A DNA stretch of 64,000 nucleotides from Lentzea sp. (GCF_035525475.1 NZ_DATLEC010000208.1:14442-78441), one strand, 5' to 3'; counted from the first letter of the stretch, positions 48,586 to 58,987 are shown. The notes: generated by a model not told the origin, from the sequence alone. Translations and numbers: made by a program.

Positions 48586-51105
48586 TCACTCGTAGGCGAT
48601 CGCGTCCAGCACGTTCAGCCGGGCCGCCCTGATCGCCGGCAGGATCGCGGCGACCACGCCCACGAACGCCGCCACCACCAGGTACTGGACCATGGTGGCC
48701 CAGGGGAACCCGATCTCCGAGATGCCCTGGTCCTTCAGCGCCTGCACGGTCGCGACGCCCAGCGCGAGACCGACCGCCAGGCCGAGCACCGCGCCGAACA
48801 CCGAGATCACCACCGACTCGACGGTGATCATCCGCATCACCTGTCCCCGCCTCATGCCGATGGCGCGCAGCAGGCCCAGTTCGCGGGTCCGCTCGATCAC
48901 CGACAGCGCCAGCGTGTTGATGACGCCGAGGACGGCGATCAGGATCGCCAGCGCCAGCAGGATCTGGATCATCAGCAGGACCGTGTCGAACTGCGACGTC
49001 GTCTGCTTCACGAACGCGCTGCGGTCCTGGACGGTGATCTCCGGGTTGTCGGCGAACAGCGGTTCGACGCGCTTCTGCACGTCCGCCGCGGACACGCCGG
49101 GCCGGACCTGGACGAACGCCTGGGCGATCTGGTCCGACCGGAAGTTCGCGCCCGCCGACTCCGGCAGCACGAGCGCGCCCTGCAGCACCTGCGTCTTGAC
49201 CCAGATGAAGCCGACGGTGAAGTCCTTCGGCTCGCCCTTGGCCAGTTGCAGCGTGACCTTGCTGCCGACCGACCAGCCCTTCTCGGCCGCCAGCTCCTCC
49301 GGCAGCGCTACCTGGTCGTCCTCGAGCGGCGCGATGTCACCGGACTTCGGCTTCAACGCGAACATCGTCGCCAGCGCGGGCATGTCGGTGACGCCGACCG
49401 CGAACATCTGGCTCTCGCCCTGCAGCACGCCGTCCTGCGACCAGCCGACCGCGGACCTGACGCCGTCGGTCTTCTCGATCTTCGTCAGCACGTCCCGCTT
49501 GAACGTCGCGGGCCGGCCCTCCATCTGGCCCTCGCCGGAGATGATCAGGTCGGTCTGCAGCTGACCGGAGGCCAGCTTCTCGATCGACTTGGTCGCCGAC
49601 GTCAGCACCACGCTCACGCCGGTGATCAGCGAGATGCCGACCATCAGCGCCGCCGCGGTGATCGCGGTCCTGCGCGGGTTGCGCGCGGAGTTGCGGCGTC
49701 CCAGCAGCCCTGGCACCGACCACGACAGCAGGCGGCCGATCAGCGACACCATCGGCTTGGAGAGCATCGGGGTCAGCAGCGCGACGCCGACCATCGCCAC
49801 CAGGATGCCGCCGAAGATCAGCGGCAGCGAGGCCTGCTGGAAGCCGAAGCCCAGCGACGTGCCGCCGGCGGCCAGCACCAGTGCGCCGGTGACCGTGATC
49901 TTCGTGAGCGGCCGGTCCGGGGTGGCCGCCTCGCGCATCGCCGCGACCGGGGCGATCCGCGACGCGCGCAGCGCGGGCATGACCGCCGCGACCATCGTGA
50001 CGACGATGCCGACGGCGAACGACGAGATCACCGCCGACATCGGCACGCCGATGCCCGCGAGCTGCAGGTTCGTGCCGCCCACCGAGCTGAAGATCTTGGC
50101 GAGCAGCGCACCGATGCCCACGCCGGCCCCGAGGCCGACGATCGACGCGATCAGGCCGATCACGAACGCCTCCATCACCACGGAGCCGATGACCTGGCCG
50201 CGGGAGGCGCCCATCGACCGCAGCAGCGCGAGCTCACGCGTGCGCTGGGCCACGATGATGGAGAACGTGTTGAGGATGATGAAGATGCCGACGAACAACG
50301 CGATGCCGGCGAACCCGAGCAGCACGTAGTTGAAGAACTTCAGGCCCTCGTTGATCTGGTCGGACTGCTCCTTCGCCAGCGTCGCACCGGTCTTCACGTC
50401 GTAGGCGGAGCCGAGCTTCGCCGCGACCGCGTCGCGCAGCGCGTCGTCCGACTGCCCGTTCGCCGCCGTCACGGTGATCGACGAGTACGCGTCCTTCTTG
50501 CCCAGCAACAACTGCTGCGCGACCGGCTCGGTGAACGCCACCGACAGCTCGCCGCCCATGGACTCGCGGCCGCCCGCGTACTCGTAGACACCGGTGACCT
50601 TGAAGGTCTTCTTCGGTTCCAGCGTGAGCAGCGCGATGTCGTCGCCCACCTTGAAACCGCCGGTCGACGCGAGGTACGCGCCGATCACGACCTCGTCGTC
50701 GGCCCGAGGCGCCCTGCCCTCGCGGATCTGCTCGAGTCCGTTGCCCGTCCAGTTGGCGCCGTACCGGGGCGCGCCGGACGTGGTGATGACCTTGCCGTTC
50801 TTGCCGATCGGCCGCGCGGACCCCTGCACGTCGCCGACGGCCGACGCCACGCCCGGCACCGACTTCACGTCCGCGATCGCCTGGAGCGTCAGGGGTTCCG
50901 GCTGCTTGCCCTTCTCCTGCTTCGGCGACACCGAGACGTCCACGCCTGCGAAGGCCGACGAGAACAGGTCGGTGAACGACCGCTGCAGCGTGTCGGTCAG
51001 GACGAACGAACCGGACACGAACATCACGCCCAGCACCACCGCGAGCGCGGACAGCACCAGCCTGAGCTTGCGCGACAGCAGGCTCTTGATCGTCGCCTTA
51101 AGCAC
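48586..51105 (-). CDS. FtsX/MacB-like ABC permease (duplicated)
   Basis: NTFSIIVAQRTRELALLRSMGA, RNPRRTA, ERTRELGLLRAIGM. Confidence 0.93.
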   Translation of the reverse strand: MLKATIKSLLSRKLRLVLSALAVVLGVMFVSGSFVLTDTLQRSFTDLFSSAFAGVDVSVSPKQEKGKQPEPLTLQAIADVKSVPGVASAVGDVQGSARPIGKNGKVITTSGAPRYGANWTGNGLEQIREGRAPRADDEVVIGAYLASTGGFKVGDDIALLTLEPKKTFKVTGVYEYAGGRESMGGELSVAFTEPVAQQLLLGKKDAYSSITVTAANGQSDDALRDAVAAKLGSAYDVKTGATLAKEQSDQINEGLKFFNYVLLGFAGIALFVGIFIILNTFSIIVAQRTRELALLRSMGASRGQVIGSVVMEAFVIGLIASIVGLGAGVGIGALLAKIFSSVGGTNLQLAGIGVPMSAVISSFAVGIVVTMVAAVMPALRASRIAPVAAMREAATPDRPLTKITVTGALVLAAGGTSLGFGFQQASLPLIFGGILVAMVGVALLTPMLSKPMVSLIGRLLSWSVPGLLGRRNSARNPRRTAITAAALMVGISLITGVSVVLTSATKSIEKLASGQLQTDLIISGEGQMEGRPATFKRDVLTKIEKTDGVRSAVGWSQDGVLQGESQMFAVGVTDMPALATMFALKPKSGDIAPLEDDQVALPEELAAEKGWSVGSKVTLQLAKGEPKDFTVGFIWVKTQVLQGALVLPESAGANFRSDQIAQAFVQVRPGVSAADVQKRVEPLFADNPEITVQDRSAFVKQTTSQFDTVLLMIQILLALAILIAVLGVINTLALSVIERTRELGLLRAIGMRRGQVMRMITVESVVISVFGAVLGLAVGLALGVATVQALKDQGISEIGFPWATMVQYLVVAAFVGVVAAILPAIRAARLNVLDAIAYE

Positions 51106-51868
51106 CGGGCACCGCGCTGTGCTGGAAGTCCGGCGCGTCGAGGTGCTTCATGGTGTCGAGGACCTCTTCCGCCGACGGCGACAGCAGCTCGCGGACGATG
51201 TGGCCGTCCTTGAGGAAGATGACGCGGTCGGCGTACGAGGCGGCGTTCGGGTCGTGCGTGACCATGACGACCGTCTGCCCGAACTCACGCGCGGACCGCT
51301 GCAGGAAGCCCAGGACCTCCGCGCCGGACTGCGAGTCCAGGTTGCCGGTCGGCTCGTCCGCGAACACGACCTCCGGCCGTGACACGAGAGCCCGCGCGCA
51401 CGCGACGCGTTGCTGCTGGCCGCCCGAGAGCTGCGTCGGCCGGTGGGTCAGCCTGTCCCTCAGACCCACCGTGTCGATGACGACGTCGAACCACTCCCGG
51501 TCGACCTTCTTGCCGCCGATCGCGAGCGGCAGCGTGATGTTCTCCTCGGCGGTCAGCGTCGGCAGCAGGTTGAACTGCTGGAAGATGAAACCGACCTTGT
51601 CCCGTCGCAGCTCGGTCAGCCCGCGGTCGTTCAACCCGGTGACCAGCGTGTCGCCCACCCACACCTCGCCGCGCGTGACGTCGTCCAGCCCCGCGAGGCA
51701 GTGCATCAGCGTGGACTTGCCGGATCCCGACGGGCCCATGATCGCGGTGAACCTGGACCTGTCCAGGTCGACGCTCACCCCCGCGAGCGCGGTCACGGCG
51801 GCGTCGCCGGACCCATAAGACTTCCACACGTCAACGGCTCTGGCCGCGACTCCATCAGACGCGCTCAC
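51098..51868 (-). CDS. LolD/MacB-like ABC ATPase
   Basis: GPSGSGKS, FQQFNL, LSGGQQQR, ADEPTGNLD, VTHD; AGGAGGA SD. Confidence 0.94.
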   Translation of the reverse strand: MSASDGVAARAVDVWKSYGSGDAAVTALAGVSVDLDRSRFTAIMGPSGSGKSTLMHCLAGLDDVTRGEVWVGDTLVTGLNDRGLTELRRDKVGFIFQQFNLLPTLTAEENITLPLAIGGKKVDREWFDVVIDTVGLRDRLTHRPTQLSGGQQQRVACARALVSRPEVVFADEPTGNLDSQSGAEVLGFLQRSAREFGQTVVMVTHDPNAASYADRVIFLKDGHIVRELLSPSAEEVLDTMKHLDAPDFQHSAVPGA

Positions 51869-52048
51869 TGTCTGTCTCCTCCTGTGGGTCTTGTGCGCAC
51901 CATCTTCGGCTACACGGGCACACCGAAGGGTCAGGTTCTCCACTGAGACGACCCTGAGATTAACCCCGGTGACCCCGCCCCGCGTCGCCGCGCTGAGAGA
52001 ACTCTCAGCTGCGCCAGGTGCTGCGGAGGAAACGATATTTCACTGCTG

Positions 52049-52082
52049 CGGCAGTGTCTTCCGCCTTCGGAGGACACTGCCG
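52049..52082. terminator. 15-bp hairpin downstream of the LLM gene
   Basis: CGGCAGTGTCTTCCG-CCTT-CGGAGGACACTGCCG. Confidence 0.5.
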
Positions 52083-52237
52083 TCAACTTTCGCAGCGGAG
52101 CGACCTCATCAGTCCTCAATGGATTCCGGCTCGCACCCCACTCACGGGCTTTGTCCGCCACCCCGAAGAACGCCGACCCGCGCCCGTGTGCGCACCACCA
52201 GCTGGTGCGCGCGGAAGTCGGTGTCGAGGCGCTCGCG

Positions 52238-53215
52238 TCAAACAAGTTTCGGAAGCACTTCCGCACCGAACAGCCGGATCGTCTCGATGACCGATTCGTG
52301 CGGCATGCCACCGATGTCCACCATCACGAGGTGCGTGTCGATGGACAGCCGCTCCGCCAGCTCGTTGAGCCGGTCCGCCACCTCGTCCGGAGTTCCGCAC
52401 ACCGCGGCACCGTCCATGATGGCGTCGACGTCGATGTCCCCGTCGCCGCGCCACGGGTCCGCGAACCGCGCGTACTCGGCCAGGTGCGGCCGCCACCGCT
52501 CGCGGGCGTCGTCCCGCGCCACGAACACGTGGCTCGGCACGCCGACCCGTCCCGAAGGGAACTTCTCCCGGTAGCGCTGCACCACCTCGAGGTAGATCGA
52601 CGGGTCGCGCAGCGTCGACGGCAGCATCAGCGGCATCTCCAGCTCCGCGCCGAGGTCCGCCGACACCGCCGACCCCGACCCGATCCACACCACCGGCCGC
52701 GGCTTCTGCACCGGCCGCGGCGTCGTGGTCACGTCGCTCAGCTGACCGCGGAACCGGCCGTCCCAGCTCACCGACGGCTCCTCCAGCAGCTTGAGCAGCA
52801 ACCGCAGGTGCTCCTCGAACCGCGCCCGCAGCTCACCCGGCTGCACCCCGAACGCCGCGTCGGTCTGCTGGTCCACCCCGCGCGCCACGATCAGCTCCGC
52901 ACGGCCGTTCGACAGCACGTCCAGCGTCGCGAGCGCCTCGGCCACCAGCACGGGGTCGCGGTGGGCGAGCAGCGTCACGCCGGTCGACAGCTTCAACGTC
53001 GACGTGCGCGCCGCCACCGCCGCCAGCAGCAGCTCGGGCGCCGACACGATGTAGCGGGTGAAGTGGTGCTCGCCGATCGCGACGCCCGCGAAGCCCGCCT
53101 CCTCCGCCACCACCGCCTGCTCGACCATCGCCCGCAACCGGTCGGCCTGGGAGACCTCCTCGCCCGTGCACGGGTTGGGCAGGTGGTCACCCAGGATCAG
53201 CAGGTAGACGTCCAT
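52238..53215 (-). CDS. LLM-class flavin-dependent oxidoreductase
   Basis: AEEAGF..IGEHH, DPVLVAE, LDVLSNGRAELIVARG, PRPVQ. Confidence 0.92.
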   Translation of the reverse strand: MDVYLLILGDHLPNPCTGEEVSQADRLRAMVEQAVVAEEAGFAGVAIGEHHFTRYIVSAPELLLAAVAARTSTLKLSTGVTLLAHRDPVLVAEALATLDVLSNGRAELIVARGVDQQTDAAFGVQPGELRARFEEHLRLLLKLLEEPSVSWDGRFRGQLSDVTTTPRPVQKPRPVVWIGSGSAVSADLGAELEMPLMLPSTLRDPSIYLEVVQRYREKFPSGRVGVPSHVFVARDDARERWRPHLAEYARFADPWRGDGDIDVDAIMDGAAVCGTPDEVADRLNELAERLSIDTHLVMVDIGGMPHESVIETIRLFGAEVLPKLV

Positions 53216-53254
53216 GACCGTCATTTTCCATCCGCCCGGTGCAAGATGGTCGGC

Positions 53255-53524
53255 ATGGTCACCAACAACGAGGCCGAGAGCCGTTACGAGATCCACGTCG
53301 ACGGCGCGCTCGCCGGTTTCCTGGAGTACCGGACCATCGGTGACACCGTCGCCCTGGTGCACACCGAGGTGGGCGAGGAGTACGGCGGGCAGGGGCTCGG
53401 GGGCGAGCTCGCGAAGTTCGCGCTCGACGACGCCCAGGCCCGTGGGGTAAAGGTGTCACCCACGTGCCCGTTCGTGGCGAAGTACATCGACAAGCACCCC
53501 GAATACCGGGTTACTATCCGGTAG
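53255..53524 (+). CDS. Small GNAT acetyltransferase (YjdJ/Acetyltransf_CG-like)
   Basis: RYEI, HTEV..GGQGLG, PTCPFV. Confidence 0.9.
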   Translation: MVTNNEAESRYEIHVDGALAGFLEYRTIGDTVALVHTEVGEEYGGQGLGGELAKFALDDAQARGVKVSPTCPFVAKYIDKHPEYRVTIR

Positions 53525-53560
53525 ATAGTTGCGGGCGCTAACAATTGAGGTGAGCTGGCG

Positions 53561-54553
53561 TTGTGGAGTGAGCCGGGCGCGTTCGAGGTGGCACCAGGTG
53601 TGCACCGCATCCCGCTGCCGTTGCCGAACGACGGGCTGCGCGCGGTCAACGTCTACGCGATCGAGGACGGCGACGGTCTGGTCATGATCGACTCCGGCTG
53701 GGCGCTCGACGAGGCCAAGGACCAGCTCGAAGCCGCGCTCGGCACCCTGGACAAGGGCTTCGACGACATCCGCAGGTTCCTCGTCACGCACGTCCACCGC
53801 GACCACTTCACGATGGCGGTGTCGTTGCGCCGCCTGTTCGGCAGCAAGATCGGGCTGGGGCTCGGCGAGCAGCCGTCGTTGCGGCACCTGCTGCACGTGC
53901 GGGAGGACGGCAACGTCGCCGACCTGCGCAAATGGGGTGCGAGCGAGCTGGCGGAGGCGTGGATCAGGATCATGCACCACCCCGGCCGCGCCACCGCCGC
54001 CCTGCGCGACTACGAGGAGCCCGACGAGTGGCTCGTCGGCGGCGCCCTCGACCTCGAGCACCGCAGGCTGGAGGTCGTCCCGACGCCCGGTCACACCCGC
54101 GGTCACGTCGTGTTCGTCGACCACGCCGCGAAGGTGCTCTTCTCCGGCGACCACGTGCTGCCGCACATCACGCCGTCGATCGGGTTCGAGCCGCTGCGCC
54201 CCGCGCTGCCGCTCGGCGACTACATGTCCTCGCTCCGGCTCACGCGCGAGCTGCCGGACCTCAAGCTGCTGCCCGCGCACGGTCCGGTGACCGACAGCTC
54301 GCACGCCCGCGTCGACGAGCTGCTCGACTTCCACGAGCAGCGCCTGGAGGAGATCCTCAGGGCCGTGAGCGGCACCGCGTTCGAGACCGCGCGCAAGATC
54401 GGCTGGACCCGCCGCCAGCGCCGCTTCGACGACCTCGACATGTTCAACCAGGTCCTGGCGGTCGGTGAGACGGCCGCTCACCTGGACGTTCTCGTCGAAC
54501 GTGGCGAATTGGCCCGAACGGAGAACGCCGGCGTGCTCGAATACTCCGCGTGA
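53561..54553 (+). CDS. MBL-fold metallo-hydrolase
   Basis: THVHRDH, TPGHTRGH, SGDHVLP, PAHG. Confidence 0.92.
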   Translation: MWSEPGAFEVAPGVHRIPLPLPNDGLRAVNVYAIEDGDGLVMIDSGWALDEAKDQLEAALGTLDKGFDDIRRFLVTHVHRDHFTMAVSLRRLFGSKIGLGLGEQPSLRHLLHVREDGNVADLRKWGASELAEAWIRIMHHPGRATAALRDYEEPDEWLVGGALDLEHRRLEVVPTPGHTRGHVVFVDHAAKVLFSGDHVLPHITPSIGFEPLRPALPLGDYMSSLRLTRELPDLKLLPAHGPVTDSSHARVDELLDFHEQRLEEILRAVSGTAFETARKIGWTRRQRRFDDLDMFNQVLAVGETAAHLDVLVERGELARTENAGVLEYSA

Positions 54554-55275
54554 CACCGTTCGAGCTGGCCTCCTGGACGTGGAAGATGCCCCGCAGAGGC
54601 CGGGGCTTCTGGTTCTCGCTGGCGATCGACGTGCTGTGGCCCGTCGTCGTGCTGTTCGTCCGGCTGAGGGTGCGCGGCAGGCAGCACGTGCCCGGCAGTG
54701 GCGGCGTGATCCTCGCGTTCAACCACCTGTCGAACGCCGACGCGGTGGCGGCCGTCGTGTTCTCGCTGATGTCGAACCGGGTCCCGCGCGTGCTCGCGAA
54801 GGCCTCCCTGTGGCGCCTGCCGCTCTTCGGCAGGGTCATGAGCTCCGGCGGCCACATCCCCGTCGAGCGGGGCACCGTGAAGGCCTCGGAGGCGCTCAGG
54901 CCCGCGGTGGAGGCCCTGCGGAACGGCGAGTGCGTGATGGCGTTCCCCGAGGGCACGTTCACCGACGACCCCGGCGAGTGGCCGATGAAGGGCAAGTCCG
55001 GCGTCGCGCGGATGGCCCTGGAAGCGCGCGTTCCCGTCGTGCCGGTCGCGGAGTGGGGCACCCAGGACCTGCTGCCCAGGGGCTCGGTTTTGCCGAGGTT
55101 GCTGCCGCGCAAGGCCGTCGAGGTCGTGGCGGGCGCACCGGTCGATCTGTCCGACCTGTACGGGCGCGAGCTCACGGCCGAAGTGCTGGCCGAGGCCACC
55201 GCACGGATCATGGACGCCATCACGACCATGCTGTCGGGCATACGTTCGGCTCAGGCGGGTAGCCCCCATGTATGA
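54550..55275 (+). CDS. Lysophospholipid acyltransferase (PlsC family)
   Basis: NHLSNAD, FPEGT, KSGVAR, VPVVP. Confidence 0.9.
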   Translation: MTPFELASWTWKMPRRGRGFWFSLAIDVLWPVVVLFVRLRVRGRQHVPGSGGVILAFNHLSNADAVAAVVFSLMSNRVPRVLAKASLWRLPLFGRVMSSGGHIPVERGTVKASEALRPAVEALRNGECVMAFPEGTFTDDPGEWPMKGKSGVARMALEARVPVVPVAEWGTQDLLPRGSVLPRLLPRKAVEVVAGAPVDLSDLYGRELTAEVLAEATARIMDAITTMLSGIRSAQAGSPHV

Positions 55276-55421
55276 CTGTGCAACAGGAAGCCGAACCGAC
55301 CAGGCTGGTCCGTCCCGGTGGGACGGGCATGTGGGCTCCCGTGCTCCCCGACCCGCGTGAGTCGCAGGAGTGGGTGGTCCAGGCGGACGACGACCCGTTG
55401 ATCGTGCGCGGCGTCGACTGA
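55272..55421 (+). CDS. Candidate 49-aa acidic small protein ending ADDDPLIVRGVD
   Basis: ATGA overlap with the acyltransferase stop; MTVQQEAEPTRLVRPGGTGMWAPVLPDPRESQEWVVQADDDPLIVRGVD. Confidence 0.5.
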   Translation: MTVQQEAEPTRLVRPGGTGMWAPVLPDPRESQEWVVQADDDPLIVRGVD

Positions 55422-55437
55422 CCTGCGCCGAACGGCT

Positions 55438-55475
55438 GTCTAGACACCCTAGACGCGTCTAGCTACCCTAGACGC
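55438..55475. promoter_or_regulatory. Two tandem palindromic operators GTCTAG-N5-CTAGAC
   Basis: 55438-55454 and 55457-55473, 19-bp period, ending 3 nt before ATG 55477. Confidence 0.8.
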
Positions 55476-55476
55476 C

Positions 55477-55917
55477 ATGACACTCGACGAAGAACTGCTG
55501 GCAGCGGCACGCAGGGCGGGCACCGCCTCCGCCGCCGCGCAGGACCAGGCCGACATCGCCAAAGCCGTCTACCACCACAGCGTGCTGCGGCTGCACCGCG
55601 CCGGCGGGTCGATGCGCGAGATCGCGGAAGCGCTCAAGATGAGCCACCAGCGCGTCCACCAGATCGTCGAGCAGTCCAAGCGGGTCGAGCGCTGCTGGTT
55701 CTGCGCGCGCGTCGCCGACGAGGTCGGCAAGCTGATGGCGGGACCGGCGGCTCTGATCTGCGACCTCTGCGTCGCCGACGCCCAGGTGGGCGAGGTCGGC
55801 GACTGCTCGTTCTGCAGCGAGACCAAGCCGGTCCACTCCGGCGCCGAAGCCCGGATCTGCCGATCCTGCCTGGACTTCAGCGCGGCCGTGATCAGCGCGG
55901 CAGCTTCACCACGGTGA
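55477..55917 (+). CDS. HTH + two ClpX-type C4 zinc finger protein
   Basis: [20 protein letters not shown]; CWFC..ICDLC and CSFC..ICRSC. Confidence 0.85.
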   Translation: MTLDEELLAAARRAGTASAAAQDQADIAKAVYHHSVLRLHRAGGSMREIAEALKMSHQRVHQIVEQSKRVERCWFCARVADEVGKLMAGPAALICDLCVADAQVGEVGDCSFCSETKPVHSGAEARICRSCLDFSAAVISAAASPR

Positions 55918-56332
55918 CGAAGAAGTCGTCTATCTGGCGGACCACGTCGATGAACCTGTCGAAGTCCACCGGCTTGGTGACGTAGGCGTTCGCGTACAGG
56001 CTGTAGCTGCGCAGGATGTCCTCCTCGGCCTCCGAGGTCGTCAGCACGACGACGGGGATCGAGCGCAGCTCGGCGTCGGCCTTGATCTCGCTCAGCACCT
56101 CGCGGCCGTCCTTACGGGGCAGGTTCAGGTCCAGCAGGATCAGGCCCGGTCTGGGCGCGTTCACGTACTGGCCCTGCCGCCGCAGGAACTCCAGCGCCTC
56201 CACACCGTCCTTGACGATGTGCAGCATGTTGCGGATCTTGTGGTGCTCGAACGCCTCCTGGGTCATCAGGGCGTCGCCGGGGTCGTCCTCGACGAGCAGG
56301 ACGTCGATCACGTTCAAGGGTGACTCAGACAT
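55892..56332 (-). CDS. Single-domain response regulator (Rcp1-like)
   Basis: LLVEDD, LLDLNLP, VLTTS, YVTKP. Confidence 0.93.
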   Translation of the reverse strand: MSESPLNVIDVLLVEDDPGDALMTQEAFEHHKIRNMLHIVKDGVEALEFLRRQGQYVNAPRPGLILLDLNLPRKDGREVLSEIKADAELRSIPVVVLTTSEAEEDILRSYSLYANAYVTKPVDFDRFIDVVRQIDDFFVTVVKLPR

Positions 56333-57845
56333 GTACTTCCTCAGCTTGTGCGACGAGTTCGGGTACCACGGGGAGGGTGAACTCGAAACTCGTCCCGGAG
56401 TCCACATCGGTCTTCAGCCAGATCGTGCCGCCGTGGTACTCGACGATCTTCCGGCACATCGCCAGTCCGATGCCCGTGCCCGGGTAGGCGTCCTTCGGGT
56501 GCAGGCGCTGGAAGATGACGAAGATCCGGTCAGCGTACTCGGGCTCGATCCCGATCCCGTTGTCGTGCACCGTGAACTTCCACGTCTCCCCGTCGCGCTC
56601 CGCCCCGATGGCGACCACCGGATCGGACGGGCCCCTGAACTTCAGGGCGTTGCTGATCAGGTTCTGGAACACGGCGCTGAGCAGGGTCGCCTCACCGCGC
56701 ACGGAGGGCAGCTCCTCGACCACGACGCGCGCGCCGGTCTCGTCGATGCGCTCCGAGAAGCTGTCCAGGACCTGGCGCAGGATTTCGTTCAGGTCGATCA
56801 CGGTCTGCTCGCGGGTCAGCCTGCCGACGCGGGAGAACGCCAGCAGGTCGTTGATCAGGCCCTGCATGCGCTTCGCGCCGTCCACGGCGAAGCCGATGTA
56901 CTGGTCGGCGCGCTCGTCGAGCTGGCCGCCGTAACGGCGTTGCAGCAGCTGGCAGAACGAGGCGACCTTGCGCAGCGGTTCCTGCAGGTCGTGCGAGGCG
57001 ACGTAGGCGAACTGCTCCAGCTCCGAGTTGGACCGCTGCAGCTCCGTCTTCGCGGCGTCGAGCGTCTCGAGCTCCTGCACGATCCGGCGGCGCATCGCGT
57101 CCACGTCCTCGGCGAGCATGACCGTCTCGCGGGGACCGCTCGCGTCGATCTGGTGCGCGAAGTCGCCGGACGCGACCTGGCGGGTGTGGTGGGCGAGATC
57201 CGCGAGCGGCGCGATCAGCAGGCGGTGCAGCAGCAGCGACAACCCGCCGATCACCACGACCAGCAGCACGCCCATGCCGATGACCAGCCACAGCACCACG
57301 GACGCCGCGTAGGAGAGCTCGGCGCGCGCCGTTTTGCCGAGTTCCGCGATGTCGGCCTGCAACGCCGCCACCTCGACGCGGAGCTGGTCGAAGATCACCT
57401 TGCCGCGATCGATGTCGCGCGTGGAGGAGATGACGGGCCCGGAGAGCCGGATGCCCGCGATCGTCGGTTCCGCGTACTGGCCCCGCCACTGCCGCGCCAG
57501 GTCCTCGATGCGCCCCACCCGGCCGTTGACGTCGCCGATGAGGTCGCGCACGCTCTCCGCGGACTCCACCTCGGTCGTGCGCCCGTCCAGGTACGGCTTG
57601 AGGAAGGCGTCGTCGCCGGTCAGCACGAACCCGCGCAGACCCGTCTCCTCGTCGAGCAGCGCGCGGTTCAGGTCCTTCGCCATGCGCCCCGCGGGTTCGA
57701 CCCGGTCGACCGACCGCGCCCGCGCGTTGCTCAGGCTGTCGAGGGCGATGACGGTCGACGCGATCATCATGGATGTCATCGCGAGCAGGACCACCACGAT
57801 GGCGGTGAGCAGGCGGCTTGCCGGCAGCTTGTGCGGCAGCGTCAC
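56325..57845 (-). CDS. CHASE3-HAMP sensor histidine kinase
   Basis: [11 protein letters not shown]...[36 protein letters not shown]. Confidence 0.93.
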   Translation of the reverse strand: MTLPHKLPASRLLTAIVVVLLAMTSMMIASTVIALDSLSNARARSVDRVEPAGRMAKDLNRALLDEETGLRGFVLTGDDAFLKPYLDGRTTEVESAESVRDLIGDVNGRVGRIEDLARQWRGQYAEPTIAGIRLSGPVISSTRDIDRGKVIFDQLRVEVAALQADIAELGKTARAELSYAASVVLWLVIGMGVLLVVVIGGLSLLLHRLLIAPLADLAHHTRQVASGDFAHQIDASGPRETVMLAEDVDAMRRRIVQELETLDAAKTELQRSNSELEQFAYVASHDLQEPLRKVASFCQLLQRRYGGQLDERADQYIGFAVDGAKRMQGLINDLLAFSRVGRLTREQTVIDLNEILRQVLDSFSERIDETGARVVVEELPSVRGEATLLSAVFQNLISNALKFRGPSDPVVAIGAERDGETWKFTVHDNGIGIEPEYADRIFVIFQRLHPKDAYPGTGIGLAMCRKIVEYHGGTIWLKTDVDSGTSFEFTLPVVPELVAQAEEVHV

Positions 57846-58987
57846 TTTCCGTCCTTCAACAGCAGGATTGCCACGTCGTCGTCGAGCGGCCCGCCGTTGA
57901 GGTCCGTCACCTCCGCGATGACCGAGTCCATCCAGTCGGGGCCGGTCCGCAGGTGTCTGTCCAGGATTTCGCACAACCGTTCTACACCGAGCCTGTCGGT
58001 GTCGTCGGGGACCCGGCCCTCGATCAGCCCGTCCGTGTAGCAGGCGAGCGACCAGCCGGTGGGCAGGGGCACGTCGACGCCGGTCCAGCCGTAGTCGGGC
58101 AGCACGCCGAGCGGGACGCCGATCTTCGACTGGGGCAGGTCGACGATCTGGCGGCCGACCATCAGCAACGGCTCGGGGTGCCCCGCGAGGAAGTAGCGCG
58201 CCGAACGCCGGTCCGGTGCCACGGTCACCATGCACGCCGTGGTGAAGATCCCCTCGGCGTGCCGCTCGGCGACCAGCACCTGGTCGAGCGTCCGCAGCAC
58301 CTTCTCCGGCGGCTCGCCGGCGAGCACCAGCGCGCGCCACGCGATCCGCAGGCAGACGCCCAGCGCCGCCTCGTCGGGGCCGTGGCCGCAGACGTCTCCG
58401 ATGATCGCGTGCACGGTGCCGTCGGGCATGCCGACCGCGTCGTAGAAGTCGCCGCCGAGCAGCATGCGCTGGCCACCGGGCTGGTAGCGGACGTCGAGCC
58501 CCAAGTCGGAGTTCTGCAGCAACGGGGGAGGGAGCAGGCCGCGTTCGAGGCGGGCCCGTTCCGCGGCGATCAGCTCGGCCTCGCGCAGCAGGCGCTGGGC
58601 GTCCTCGGCACGGCGCCGCTCGACGGCGTACCGGACGCCGCGCAGCAGCAGCTCGCCGTCGACCTGGCCCTTGATGAGGTAGTCCTCGGCACCGGCTGCG
58701 ACGGCGTCGATGCCCTCGCGCTCGTCGTCGAGACCCGTCAGCACGAGGATCGCGGGCGCGTTCGGTTTCTTCAGCAGCCGGTGCAGGCCGTCGAGGCCCT
58801 GCGAGTCGGGCAGGCCGAGGTCGAGCAGCACGCACTGGGCGTCGGAGAGCTTTTCCTCGGCCTCCGCGAGCGTGTGTGCGCGCGACAGGATGAAGGGCGC
58901 GCTCGCTTCTTCGAGCAGCGCCTCGACGAGCACAGCGTCTCCATCATCGTCCTCGACCAGGAGGACGCGCACGGTCTTCGTTCGCAT
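57842..58987 (-). CDS. Receiver + PP2C/SpoIIE phosphatase
   Basis: LLVEDD, LLDLGLPD, GGDFYD, IGDVCGHG, AGHP, YTDGL, DDVA. Confidence 0.93.
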   Translation of the reverse strand: MRTKTVRVLLVEDDDGDAVLVEALLEEASAPFILSRAHTLAEAEEKLSDAQCVLLDLGLPDSQGLDGLHRLLKKPNAPAILVLTGLDDEREGIDAVAAGAEDYLIKGQVDGELLLRGVRYAVERRRAEDAQRLLREAELIAAERARLERGLLPPPLLQNSDLGLDVRYQPGGQRMLLGGDFYDAVGMPDGTVHAIIGDVCGHGPDEAALGVCLRIAWRALVLAGEPPEKVLRTLDQVLVAERHAEGIFTTACMVTVAPDRRSARYFLAGHPEPLLMVGRQIVDLPQSKIGVPLGVLPDYGWTGVDVPLPTGWSLACYTDGLIEGRVPDDTDRLGVERLCEILDRHLRTGPDWMDSVIAEVTDLNGGPLDDDVAILLLKDGK

